DNA from: an uncultured virus (IMG/VR IMGVR_UViG_3300025327_000016)
Lineage: Duplodnaviria > Heunggongvirae > Uroviricota > Caudoviricetes
Strand: one strand, 5' to 3'
Length of the DNA: 37,839 bases
IMG/VR virus record: IMGVR_UViG_3300025327_000016
Coordinates: 62,001-99,839 of that record
In this document: positions 19,549 through 27,941 of the stretch, piece after piece
Position numbering within the stretch: position 1 is the stretch's first letter
Layout: each line of letters opens with the position of its first letter
Notes under the pieces: model-generated
Told to the model about the DNA's origin: nothing
What the model saw: the letters and a program-made list of their open reading frames with translations, nothing else
Databases searched by the model: none
Program-made: the position numbers and the translations under genes

Positions 19549-20237
19549 TAACTATCTTAATGGTTACATACAATAGAGAACAACTACTTGAGCGAGCCTT
19601 ATGTAGTATAGTCAATCAAACTAATCAGGATTTTAAGGTGGTAATAATTAACAACGGGGGTCAGCGACCCCACAAACTACTTCGTAAACTAAGACAAGAC
19701 AATAGAATACAATGGATTAACATAGACAAGACTACATTAGCTGGAGCTCGCAATGAAGGATTAAAATTAATTACTACTTCACATGTTGCATACTTAGATG
19801 ACGATGATGTTTACTTGCCTAATCACATAGATGTATTTACACAGCATTTTCAAGATCATAAAGATTGTACTTTAGCTTATACGCAGTGTGAGTGGATACA
19901 AGAAGAAGCCAACAGGATATTTAATTTAACAGGAAGACCTTTTGATAGAAAACTATTTCTCATAAACAATTATATACCAGTAATATCCATAGCCCATAGA
20001 ACAGATATATTCCCTCAATTCCAGTTTGATTCAGATCTCCAATATCATGAAGATTGGGAACTGTGGGGTAGATTAGCCCAACGCTATGATTTTTGCTATA
20101 TACCAGAAACAACAGCGAGGTATTGCTTCAGACAGGACAATATGTGCAGGATAAAATATAAGGAGATGATAGCTCACGAAAAAGCTATACGTAAACATCT
20201 AAACAATTATGCATCCCTAATTATCGAGAGGAAATAG
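19545..20237 (+). CDS. glycosyltransferase family 2
   Basis: ITILMVTYNR, QT, IINNG, ARNEGL, AYLDDDD and EDWELW motifs. Confidence 0.9.
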   Translation: MITILMVTYNREQLLERALCSIVNQTNQDFKVVIINNGGQRPHKLLRKLRQDNRIQWINIDKTTLAGARNEGLKLITTSHVAYLDDDDVYLPNHIDVFTQHFQDHKDCTLAYTQCEWIQEEANRIFNLTGRPFDRKLFLINNYIPVISIAHRTDIFPQFQFDSDLQYHEDWELWGRLAQRYDFCYIPETTARYCFRQDNMCRIKYKEMIAHEKAIRKHLNNYASLIIERK

Positions 20238-20239
20238 TT

Positions 20240-21136
20240 ATGAAGAATAAACCTATATTAGTATTTCTACTACTAACATTTTTACTTATACTATCTTATG
20301 ATGTTAAATTACCTAAAACATTACCTACCAATGAACAACTAGATAGTGCCACCCAAAAAATAACCTATGAGATAGTTGTACCAGTTATGGTCAATCGTAT
20401 GCCCTCAAAATCTAAATTACAAAAACATATGCGTCTATATAATCGAAAACTTACAACATTAGAGTTAGATATAAAAGAGGTAAACACACGAAAGCTATCT
20501 CCTAAGACAGTAAATATCACCTTACGCTGGACAGGATCTTCATTTGCAATTAAATCAGATAATTCAAGTACAGTCTACTTAACAGCATTTCATGTAGTTG
20601 ATTGGGAGAACGTAGTGAATATGGTACAAGAAGCCATTAATCAATCAGGAATTAATGCAAGGATATTAAGTAGGGATATTAAGGTAACAAACAATATGCT
20701 ATATAAGGACTACCAAATGTACGATGCTCCTTTTAAAGTATTAGGGAAAGCAAAGTATATGGACGTAGCATTACTACACAGCAATGCTACTAACATCCCA
20801 ACAGTTAAGCTTGGCAGTAGCAATAAATTAATGATTGGGGATATAGTAAGGGCAATAGGATCTCCATTGGGATTACAGCATTCTTATTCTGAAGGATACG
20901 TTGCTAAGACGCATTCTATTATAGGACTTAGCGACTTCTTACAAGTAGATCTATCTATATCGCCAGGCAACAGTGGGTGTATGCTTGTTAACTCTAAGGG
21001 AGAAGTAGTAGGCATCATAGATGCGCTAATGGTTGCTAAATATGGGGCATCACCTGGATTAGCTATACCAATAGATGATGTTAAAGAATGGATGAAGTAC
21101 AATGGGTTTGAATACTTAATAAAAGGAAGTAATTAG
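20240..21136 (+). CDS. trypsin-like serine protease (S1C/HtrA-like, no PDZ) with N-terminal signal/anchor
   Basis: Catalytic triad motifs TAFHVV, DVALL and PGNSG; AIGSPLG; G.VVGI; hydrophobic N-terminus. Confidence 0.88.
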   Translation: MKNKPILVFLLLTFLLILSYDVKLPKTLPTNEQLDSATQKITYEIVVPVMVNRMPSKSKLQKHMRLYNRKLTTLELDIKEVNTRKLSPKTVNITLRWTGSSFAIKSDNSSTVYLTAFHVVDWENVVNMVQEAINQSGINARILSRDIKVTNNMLYKDYQMYDAPFKVLGKAKYMDVALLHSNATNIPTVKLGSSNKLMIGDIVRAIGSPLGLQHSYSEGYVAKTHSIIGLSDFLQVDLSISPGNSGCMLVNSKGEVVGIIDALMVAKYGASPGLAIPIDDVKEWMKYNGFEYLIKGSN

Positions 21137-21137
21137 C

Positions 21138-21554
21138 ATGTTTGCTATACTGCAGATTATTACAGTAAATAGTTGGATGTTTACAGTGCTTATATTAACT
21201 CGTGTGATTGATTTATTGGTTACCGTTATAGAACAGCGTAAGAGCGGTAAGTTTGAAATGGGTAAGCTATCTCACTTCTTAGATAGACTTGTTCAACGCA
21301 TACTTATAGTTATATTATTTCTATGTTTAGGCGCTTACATGGAAGTGGGTATATTAGCAGCTAGTTTAGTAGTTGCCATAACAGTTCTAGAAGAAGCTAA
21401 ATCCATAGCAGAGTCCGCTAATCTTACCTTATTAGTTGGTCTTATTGAGAAATTTGAAGGTAAACTACAGGATACAAATCCTGTAGTGAGTACTGCAGTT
21501 GAGGAAGCAGTAGAAGAAAACAAAAATAAATTTACTAAAGAAGATATAGTTTAG
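21138..21554 (+). CDS. putative holin (phage holin 4-like)
   Basis: About three hydrophobic segments, E..SI.E motif (LEEAKSIAES) and a charged C-terminal tail. Confidence 0.6.
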   Translation: MFAILQIITVNSWMFTVLILTRVIDLLVTVIEQRKSGKFEMGKLSHFLDRLVQRILIVILFLCLGAYMEVGILAASLVVAITVLEEAKSIAESANLTLLVGLIEKFEGKLQDTNPVVSTAVEEAVEENKNKFTKEDIV

Positions 21555-21560
21555 ACATAT

Positions 21561-22391
21561 ATGTTATTACCACCAGTCAAGTACGCCCTTCAACAGCTAG
21601 TACGTAAAGCAGAAGCCCAAGCAGCCACTAGACCAGCTGCAATTTTTGCTACAATTGAAACCTTAGCATCATCAGCCATGAAAAAACTGGGAGTTACTTC
21701 TATAGATAAGGCTAGATATGCTCGTGGCATAGGGGGTTTACGGCAGTGGTTGGGGAGAAAGGGGATAGGCGCAGAATATAATCAAAGTTTCTTAGAAAAT
21801 CTAGCACAATCTCAGGCAGCAGGCACTGGTGAGACAAGTATCGAACATGGAAAAAGTATTATTTCTGAGATGCTACAAGAAGGCACATTAAGTACTTCTC
21901 CAGCTGATTTGTCCAAATTAGTAGTATCAAAAGATCCGCTTGTTGGAATTAAACCAGAATATTTAACACTAAGTGAGAGCGAACTTAGTGCAATTATTAA
22001 ATATACTCGTTCTGAAGCGCAGGATCGACAATATTGGATTTCTACAAGACTAGCACGTAAGAAATATCAGGAAGAATTAGATAAAGTAGCGTCTTTAAAG
22101 GAACAACTACAGGAATCCAGATTGGGATACAGTGGCCCCTCAGCAGAAGACATTTCAACATATGAGACAGTTGAAGATTTTAAGATGTATGAGATCAAGC
22201 GGAAACAACTCATACACGATCGTGCTATAGCACACGAAAAACAAAAGGAAGTCATTAAAATGCGATCACTACCTGCACCAACAGAACAAAATCCAATAAA
22301 AACCAACAAGAAACGAATACAACACCAAGTGCGAGATCAAAAAACTAAACAAGGACATTTATTTCAAGGACCAGGAGGTTCGATATTGTGA
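21561..22391 (+). CDS. hypothetical protein (276 aa, helical)
   Basis: Long ORF packed between neighbours; no recognisable motif. Confidence 0.6.
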   Translation: MLLPPVKYALQQLVRKAEAQAATRPAAIFATIETLASSAMKKLGVTSIDKARYARGIGGLRQWLGRKGIGAEYNQSFLENLAQSQAAGTGETSIEHGKSIISEMLQEGTLSTSPADLSKLVVSKDPLVGIKPEYLTLSESELSAIIKYTRSEAQDRQYWISTRLARKKYQEELDKVASLKEQLQESRLGYSGPSAEDISTYETVEDFKMYEIKRKQLIHDRAIAHEKQKEVIKMRSLPAPTEQNPIKTNKKRIQHQVRDQKTKQGHLFQGPGGSIL

Positions 22392-23272
22392 GAACTATAA
22401 AACGCAGCTTAAGAAGTAAGGCTCCACCAGAAGGATATATTTCTCTATCAGTAGCTATGACAGGGGTTATATTGATTCTCATAGGTATTATTATAATGGG
22501 ATATTTATTTATACTAAAACCTATACAACAACAAAACCAATTACTTGCATTACAACTTCAAGCCATGGCCAATAGACCCACAGATAAAGTACCGCTATCT
22601 AATAACCCATTACCGCCAGTTAACATACTAATACCCGCATTAGCTGGCAATAATCCACTAGTTACATCACCCAATATTACATTAGGTAATTTACCAGCAA
22701 TAGAGCGTGGAGCTACAGAAGCACTATCTAAAGCCCTAAACATACCACTAGGAGAAGCATCTAGTTTACTCCAGAATCTAATCAATCAGAAGAAGAAATT
22801 AGGCGTTAAGATTACAACAGACGCATCCTCAGTGGCTAAAGCAGAACCTATTAAAATTACACCAAAAGAAGATGATAAAAAACCAATTACTGATATGTCT
22901 AAAGGAGAACTTAAACAGAGCGTAGCTGATGCAGTTAGAGAACAGGTTAATAATACTAAGATAGAGACGATAGTTAAGCCCAAGGCAGAGATAATAGAAC
23001 TACCTACTAAGCACAGTAGGTGGAGTGCTATTTATTCCACCTACGGACAAGGTATGAGCTATACGGTAGGTGAAGGTCGCATACCTTTTGTAGGTAAAAT
23101 TAATTATGATGCTATGTTAATTAAACGCCGAGGAGGAGACGATCTCGCAGTAGGTTTAGGTGTCTCGAAAGACCTAAACAAGAACAGAGATTATTTTGTG
23201 GGCGTAGGTGTTGCTGTGCCCTTTAGTGGCACGGGTATTGAGCCGATGGCATACATAGGCGTTCGGTTTTAG
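22388..23272 (+). CDS. membrane-anchored protein with C-terminal amphipathic beta-strands (candidate spanin-like protein)
   Basis: TM helix GVILILIGIIIMGYLFIL, long linker, beta-strand-like C-terminus ending MAYIGVRF. Confidence 0.55.
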   Translation: MRTIKRSLRSKAPPEGYISLSVAMTGVILILIGIIIMGYLFILKPIQQQNQLLALQLQAMANRPTDKVPLSNNPLPPVNILIPALAGNNPLVTSPNITLGNLPAIERGATEALSKALNIPLGEASSLLQNLINQKKKLGVKITTDASSVAKAEPIKITPKEDDKKPITDMSKGELKQSVADAVREQVNNTKIETIVKPKAEIIELPTKHSRWSAIYSTYGQGMSYTVGEGRIPFVGKINYDAMLIKRRGGDDLAVGLGVSKDLNKNRDYFVGVGVAVPFSGTGIEPMAYIGVRF

Positions 23273-23273
23273 G

Positions 23274-23302
23274 TTGACATATATAGACTAAATGAATATA
23301 AT
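23274..23302 (+). promoter_or_regulatory. perfect-consensus sigma70/sigmaA promoter, probably leaderless
   Basis: TTGACA (23274-23279), 17 nt spacer, TATAAT (23297-23302). The ATG at 23309 is 6 nt downstream with no Shine-Dalgarno. Confidence 0.88.
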
Positions 23303-23308
23303 ATAGAC

Positions 23309-23842
23309 ATGAATATACTTCAAGGAATACAAATATCTAAAAATAGTTCAGTAGATGAACTAGTAGGGATACTCATAAAAGTATCCCCTACTAGTTTAAT
23401 TGAATTTGAAGAACCTACTCTTTTAAATATTGGGGAAACAGCTACATGGATGATAGCTTGTCATCTAGAAATACCTGCTAATGATGATAAAGATATGGTA
23501 ATTAGAACGATATGGTCCTCAGCTCCTTCTACATTTACCATAGAAGACGTACAGCGTTACGCCCTTCTAGAGACAATGAGATATTGTGGAGCAGTTTTAG
23601 TTGATGATGCGGTATCTCTGGAAAATATTGAGGTTCAACCTGAGCCTGAACCCATCACAGAGCGTCAGCGATTTAAGAACTTAAAAACAAGGCTTGGTAT
23701 TAAGAAGAATGAAGAACTAAATGAACACGTACATAATTTCTCAGCAGGGACATTAGAGTCTATAAGAGATATTAACTCTACTAATATTAAGGAGTTTAAC
23801 GATTACTTATTAGAAGTATTAAGTAATATAGAAAGTGTATAA
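23309..23842 (+). CDS. hypothetical protein, first gene of the replication block
   Basis: ORF directly after a consensus promoter. VQRYAL is weakly reminiscent of ERF-type annealing proteins. Confidence 0.6.
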   Translation: MNILQGIQISKNSSVDELVGILIKVSPTSLIEFEEPTLLNIGETATWMIACHLEIPANDDKDMVIRTIWSSAPSTFTIEDVQRYALLETMRYCGAVLVDDAVSLENIEVQPEPEPITERQRFKNLKTRLGIKKNEELNEHVHNFSAGTLESIRDINSTNIKEFNDYLLEVLSNIESV

Positions 23843-23866
23843 ACTAATTAGGAGCTGGCACTACCT

Positions 23867-24988
23867 ATGACACAACCAAACGTAATAGAATACGGATGGC
23901 GATTTCGTACGAGCACAAACGAAGCTCTTGCACGAAATCGCTTTACTTATTGGCCAGCTAATACAGAATTAGCCCAACTTAAAGATAGGTGGTCAGTTAC
24001 AGATACATTTACTACCTACCTAAGATACGAAGGTATACCAGAAGATTATATAAATGAATCTATTAAACAAGAAGAAGCCATTAAATATGGTCCTATGGTA
24101 TTTGATCTTGATAGTCAAGACGCAAGTACACCAGAAGCTAATTGGAAGTTAGTTGTATTCGAACTAACTAAGATAGTTAAATATTTTGAATCAGAATGGT
24201 ATTTACCTAGTCATGCAATACAATGGTTCTTTAGTGGCAGTAAGGGAGTGCATGGTATTATAGAACCAGAGGTATTAGATATAATACCACACAAACATTT
24301 ACATATTATATACAGAAGACTGGCAGAGCTAGTTATAGAAATGACAGGAGTAACCACCTTAGATCTACGTGTATATGATGCACGTAGATTATTTAGAGTA
24401 CCCCTAACAAGACACGGTAAAACAAACTTATTTAAAATACCCCTAACCTTGACAGATACACAACTACTCACGTATAATGAAATTTGCCAGATGGCACAGA
24501 AACCCATTACACGTCATTGTTATGAGAACGTAAGTATCCATACAAGAACACGTATTATGATACAACTACTTATTAAAGAAACAGCAAGGATAGAAGAACA
24601 AAAACTTAAACGTTTACGCGAACACAATACAAGTATTAATGTAAATACAGAAGATATACCGTGTGTACAAAAGATGCTTATGGAAGGGGTACGCCAAGGT
24701 AAACGAAATGAGAGTGCAGCCGCTCTTGCCTCTCACTTTAGACAGACAGGGATGGATATTGATACTACCGTTGCCATTATAATAGATTGGGCGCAGCTTA
24801 AATGCGATCCACCAATTATAGATGATAGAGAATTACGTGAGATAGAAAACACAGTTAGATATCAATTCTCAGCTCGTGGTAAAACATATGGATGTCCCAA
24901 ATTCAAAGAACTATCAGGTATATGTGTTCCAGAACATTGTGCGTTTAAAAATAAATATCAGATACACAACAAGGAGATTAATAACTAA
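23867..24988 (+). CDS. archaeo-eukaryotic primase (AEP) with PriCT-like C-terminal domain
   Basis: VFDLDS (DxD), FSGSKGVH, D..VY...RLFRVP.T.H.KT and G.RN....LAS motifs; Cys-rich tail. Confidence 0.85.
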   Translation: MTQPNVIEYGWRFRTSTNEALARNRFTYWPANTELAQLKDRWSVTDTFTTYLRYEGIPEDYINESIKQEEAIKYGPMVFDLDSQDASTPEANWKLVVFELTKIVKYFESEWYLPSHAIQWFFSGSKGVHGIIEPEVLDIIPHKHLHIIYRRLAELVIEMTGVTTLDLRVYDARRLFRVPLTRHGKTNLFKIPLTLTDTQLLTYNEICQMAQKPITRHCYENVSIHTRTRIMIQLLIKETARIEEQKLKRLREHNTSINVNTEDIPCVQKMLMEGVRQGKRNESAAALASHFRQTGMDIDTTVAIIIDWAQLKCDPPIIDDRELREIENTVRYQFSARGKTYGCPKFKELSGICVPEHCAFKNKYQIHNKEINN

Positions 24989-24990
24989 AT

Positions 24991-26040
24991 ATGGATAATC
25001 CAAATATTGTTAAAGTAAAGGAAGCAGTTGATGAACAATTAACTCAAGCGCCTTTTTATGAACAGAGAACTAAGTCTACTATTAATTTATTAGAAGAAGA
25101 ATCGTGGAGTCAACGTGAGGAAGGGGGATATAAGGTAGAGTTTCCACGTCTTATGAATGCTTTCGAAGGAATATCTAAGGGATTCTATATTATCGCAGGA
25201 GAAACCAATATAGGGAAATCAGCAATTATGATGGCAATTGCATGGCAATTAGCACGTAATAACGATCCCATACATGTAATATACTATGCCATAGATGATG
25301 ATGAAACAGTTATCGCAGCTAGATTACTGGCGATGATGGCTAGAATACCTATATCAGTGGTGGTTAAACCTAAGAAGTGGCAGAAGACCCATCCAGAATT
25401 AGTATTGCGTAGAGATCAAGCAATCAAAGAATTCAGGGAGACAGTACCCAAATCATTCTCTATAGTATCTTCAGTACATCTAGGAGGTAATAGTATAGAG
25501 CTAGTAACTAAAGATGTTGCTAGGATATACAATGACGTACAGGCACGTTATGGTCATAAGAATATAGTAGTATGCGTAGATGCCCTACATGATCTAACAA
25601 CTACATCATATAAACTAAACGAATCAGTTGCTGCTACTAAATATATATCATCACAACTTAAAGATGAGATAATGAAGAAATATAAAGTACCAGTATTAGT
25701 AACAGCAGAACTTAGAAAGTCAGATAAGCAGAAACTAAATGCCCGCCCTACACTAGATGATATTAGGGATAGTTCAGCTATTAAATATGACAGCGATGTT
25801 GCTATGTTATGTTATTCGGAAGTTCAATTAAATCTACCAGACCCCAAGGTGTATTATACGAGATCAGATAAACCTTCCTATCAGAAGTTTCCTGTATTAG
25901 AAGTTAACGTTCTCAAAAACAAACTCAGTGACTTTAAGGCTCATCTCTTCTATGAATTAGTACCCGAGATGTCAGTACTCCACGAAGCAGATGAGACTCG
26001 GAGTCGATACTATCTTGACGCCATCAATGGTTTAGTGTAA
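24991..26040 (+). CDS. dnaB: DnaB-like (SF4) replicative helicase
   Basis: Walker A GETNIGKS, Walker B VCVD, AELRK, RPTLDDIRDSSAIKYDSD and VLKNK; adjacent to the primase. Confidence 0.88.
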   Translation: MDNPNIVKVKEAVDEQLTQAPFYEQRTKSTINLLEEESWSQREEGGYKVEFPRLMNAFEGISKGFYIIAGETNIGKSAIMMAIAWQLARNNDPIHVIYYAIDDDETVIAARLLAMMARIPISVVVKPKKWQKTHPELVLRRDQAIKEFRETVPKSFSIVSSVHLGGNSIELVTKDVARIYNDVQARYGHKNIVVCVDALHDLTTTSYKLNESVAATKYISSQLKDEIMKKYKVPVLVTAELRKSDKQKLNARPTLDDIRDSSAIKYDSDVAMLCYSEVQLNLPDPKVYYTRSDKPSYQKFPVLEVNVLKNKLSDFKAHLFYELVPEMSVLHEADETRSRYYLDAINGLV

Positions 26041-26043
26041 TAT
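26015..26043 (+). promoter_or_regulatory. probable sigma70/sigmaA-type promoter
   Basis: TTGACG (26015-26020), 17 nt spacer, TAATAT (26038-26043); GAGG Shine-Dalgarno before ATG 26079. Confidence 0.5.
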
Positions 26044-26078
26044 ATACATAGACGATATTATTATACGAGGTATTACTT

Positions 26079-26321
26079 ATGCAATCTCCATTAGATAATA
26101 AAATAATACAAGCTTTGTTCGATGTAGCTACTACACAACCTCTCTCAGAAGAGAGAAGGGGAATCGATAAGGCAGCAGAAGAACTGTTTCCTGGTGCAAC
26201 CACTGCCTTATCAGCAGCTATGGCATTCGCAAAGCGTACTCTTGACATGAAACATTATAATTTTTTTATGGGTGCTCTAATGATGTTGTATGCACTCACG
26301 ACAATTAAGAAAGGAGGTTAG
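26079..26321 (+). CDS. hypothetical protein (80 aa)
   Basis: GAGGT Shine-Dalgarno; helical, with a mildly hydrophobic C-terminus. Confidence 0.6.
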   Translation: MQSPLDNKIIQALFDVATTQPLSEERRGIDKAAEELFPGATTALSAAMAFAKRTLDMKHYNFFMGALMMLYALTTIKKGG

Positions 26322-26323
26322 TT

Positions 26324-26668
26324 ATGGCTAATGATCCAATGCAGAATATGGCAAATATGCTCAATCAAATAGCTCCTGCATTCTCACAACGTCCTATCTA
26401 TTGTCAGTTTTGTGGAAAGCCCATACTAGGCCTTAGTGATGAATTCAGTGGCGTACCCTTGTCTGATGACCCAGCTATTCAACAATTAGAACTCTCTAAG
26501 CGTGCTCATGTGCAATGCTCTGTTCGTAGTGCAGAAAAGAAGAATGCTGTAGTTAAAGATACTATTAATGCTGATATAGCTATTTTCGAAAGATTACCTG
26601 ATGCAGAAAAAGAACGTCTCTTTGAAGCAGGTTCAGATCCGTATACTAAACACGGATTACAACCTTAG
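26324..26668 (+). CDS. hypothetical protein with putative Zn finger
   Basis: AGGAGG Shine-Dalgarno; CQFC ... HVQC. Confidence 0.65.
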   Translation: MANDPMQNMANMLNQIAPAFSQRPIYCQFCGKPILGLSDEFSGVPLSDDPAIQQLELSKRAHVQCSVRSAEKKNAVVKDTINADIAIFERLPDAEKERLFEAGSDPYTKHGLQP

Positions 26669-26701
26669 TTATTAGCAACTCCTTTCATATACGGTGCTCT
26701 A

Positions 26702-27634
26702 GTGGATATAACAGTTAAACAACTTCAGACCTTTATAGGTTGTCCATTACAGCACCAATTTCTTTTCTTAGAGAATAAACTAGTTTTAGAAGAAGAACCT
26801 CATCTACAAGATAAGATACACATAGATCTCAAAGAACTTATAGAGTATACCTACACAGAAGAACTACTAGGTCATATTACATTAGAATCAGTTCTTCGTA
26901 ATCGTCTAGCACTTATGTGGCGCACAAAAATTAATCCATTAGAACATGACTATAAAGTTAGTAGTCATGGTAGTCTACTTATGACAGGTGCAGAGAAATT
27001 ACTTAAAGGTGGATATGATGCACTTCATAGGTTTGTTAACTGGAGAAAGAGTAGGCCAATACACAAACCCATGTCTGTTAATGAAAGTTTTCGAATACCA
27101 TGCGGAAGACACTACATAGTTGGTCAACTACCTGTTGTTCGATATTGCCCACAATACGATAGTATATCTATATTGGATATTAGAGCATCTGCTATGGGTA
27201 CATCTATATCTGAGGAACACCATATGTTATATACGTCATGGTGTATGGCTATAGAATACATATATGGGAAACCAATTAATGAGGTTACTGTCTTATGGAC
27301 AGATCGTAAGGGTAGAAACATTACATCTAGGGTAGTTATACAAGTATGGAGAAAGCAATACCTTAAGAGGCTTGTGGATAGTGTCGGTCACGCTATGCAA
27401 CTCCGTGTAGTATATCCAATTAAAGGAGGTAGGTGCTCTACTTGTCCTTTTACTAAAGAATGTGATTCCTGGCTCATATACGGCTCTCGTAAGCCGCTAT
27501 TTACTAACAGGGAGGGATTGCCATGGGAAGAACCAAAGGAACAAACGGAAACAGAGGATATAGAAGTGGAAGAAGTAGCTCAACTAATTACAAACTCCAA
27601 AGATGTATTGATACCCCATAATTTGAGTAAGTAA
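26702..27634 (+). CDS. PD-(D/E)xK (RecB/Cas4-like) nuclease homolog with degenerate active site
   Basis: N-terminal L.TF.GCP and C-terminal CSTCPFTKEC (Fe-S staple pattern). Catalytic positions read GQLP and LDIR. Confidence 0.7.
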   Translation: MDITVKQLQTFIGCPLQHQFLFLENKLVLEEEPHLQDKIHIDLKELIEYTYTEELLGHITLESVLRNRLALMWRTKINPLEHDYKVSSHGSLLMTGAEKLLKGGYDALHRFVNWRKSRPIHKPMSVNESFRIPCGRHYIVGQLPVVRYCPQYDSISILDIRASAMGTSISEEHHMLYTSWCMAIEYIYGKPINEVTVLWTDRKGRNITSRVVIQVWRKQYLKRLVDSVGHAMQLRVVYPIKGGRCSTCPFTKECDSWLIYGSRKPLFTNREGLPWEEPKEQTETEDIEVEEVAQLITNSKDVLIPHNLSK

Positions 27635-27639
27635 ATCAA

Positions 27640-27668
27640 TTGACATTACATTTTCAATATGGTACGAT
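27640..27668 (+). promoter_or_regulatory. sigma70/sigmaA-type promoter with extended -10
   Basis: TTGACA (27640-27645), 17 nt spacer, TACGAT (27663-27668), TG at 27660-27661. Confidence 0.75.
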
Positions 27669-27683
27669 ATAGGAGATAAAACC

Positions 27684-27941
27684 ATGATAGATCCAAAAGA
27701 ACACGAAAAGAAATTAATTAGACTTTATGAAGACGAAGGTGCAACCTTTATTAAACACAAAGGTATCCCTGGCGTGTCTCAAATGCATTACGGTGTTAGG
27801 TTTGTAGAAGAAGATGAAGAAATAGTTACCATCAAATTCAAATACAATAAACCAACATACGAACCAGACAGCGAGCAAAGCAAATCAAGTGAACCAAAAG
27901 AAATACTTTCAGAGACCAATCAATCTTCAGAAACCAACTGA
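27684..27941 (+). CDS. hypothetical protein (85 aa) with low-complexity tail
   Basis: AGGAG upstream; follows the promoter; overlaps the RuvC ORF by 53 nt. Confidence 0.6.
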   Translation: MIDPKEHEKKLIRLYEDEGATFIKHKGIPGVSQMHYGVRFVEEDEEIVTIKFKYNKPTYEPDSEQSKSSEPKEILSETNQSSETN

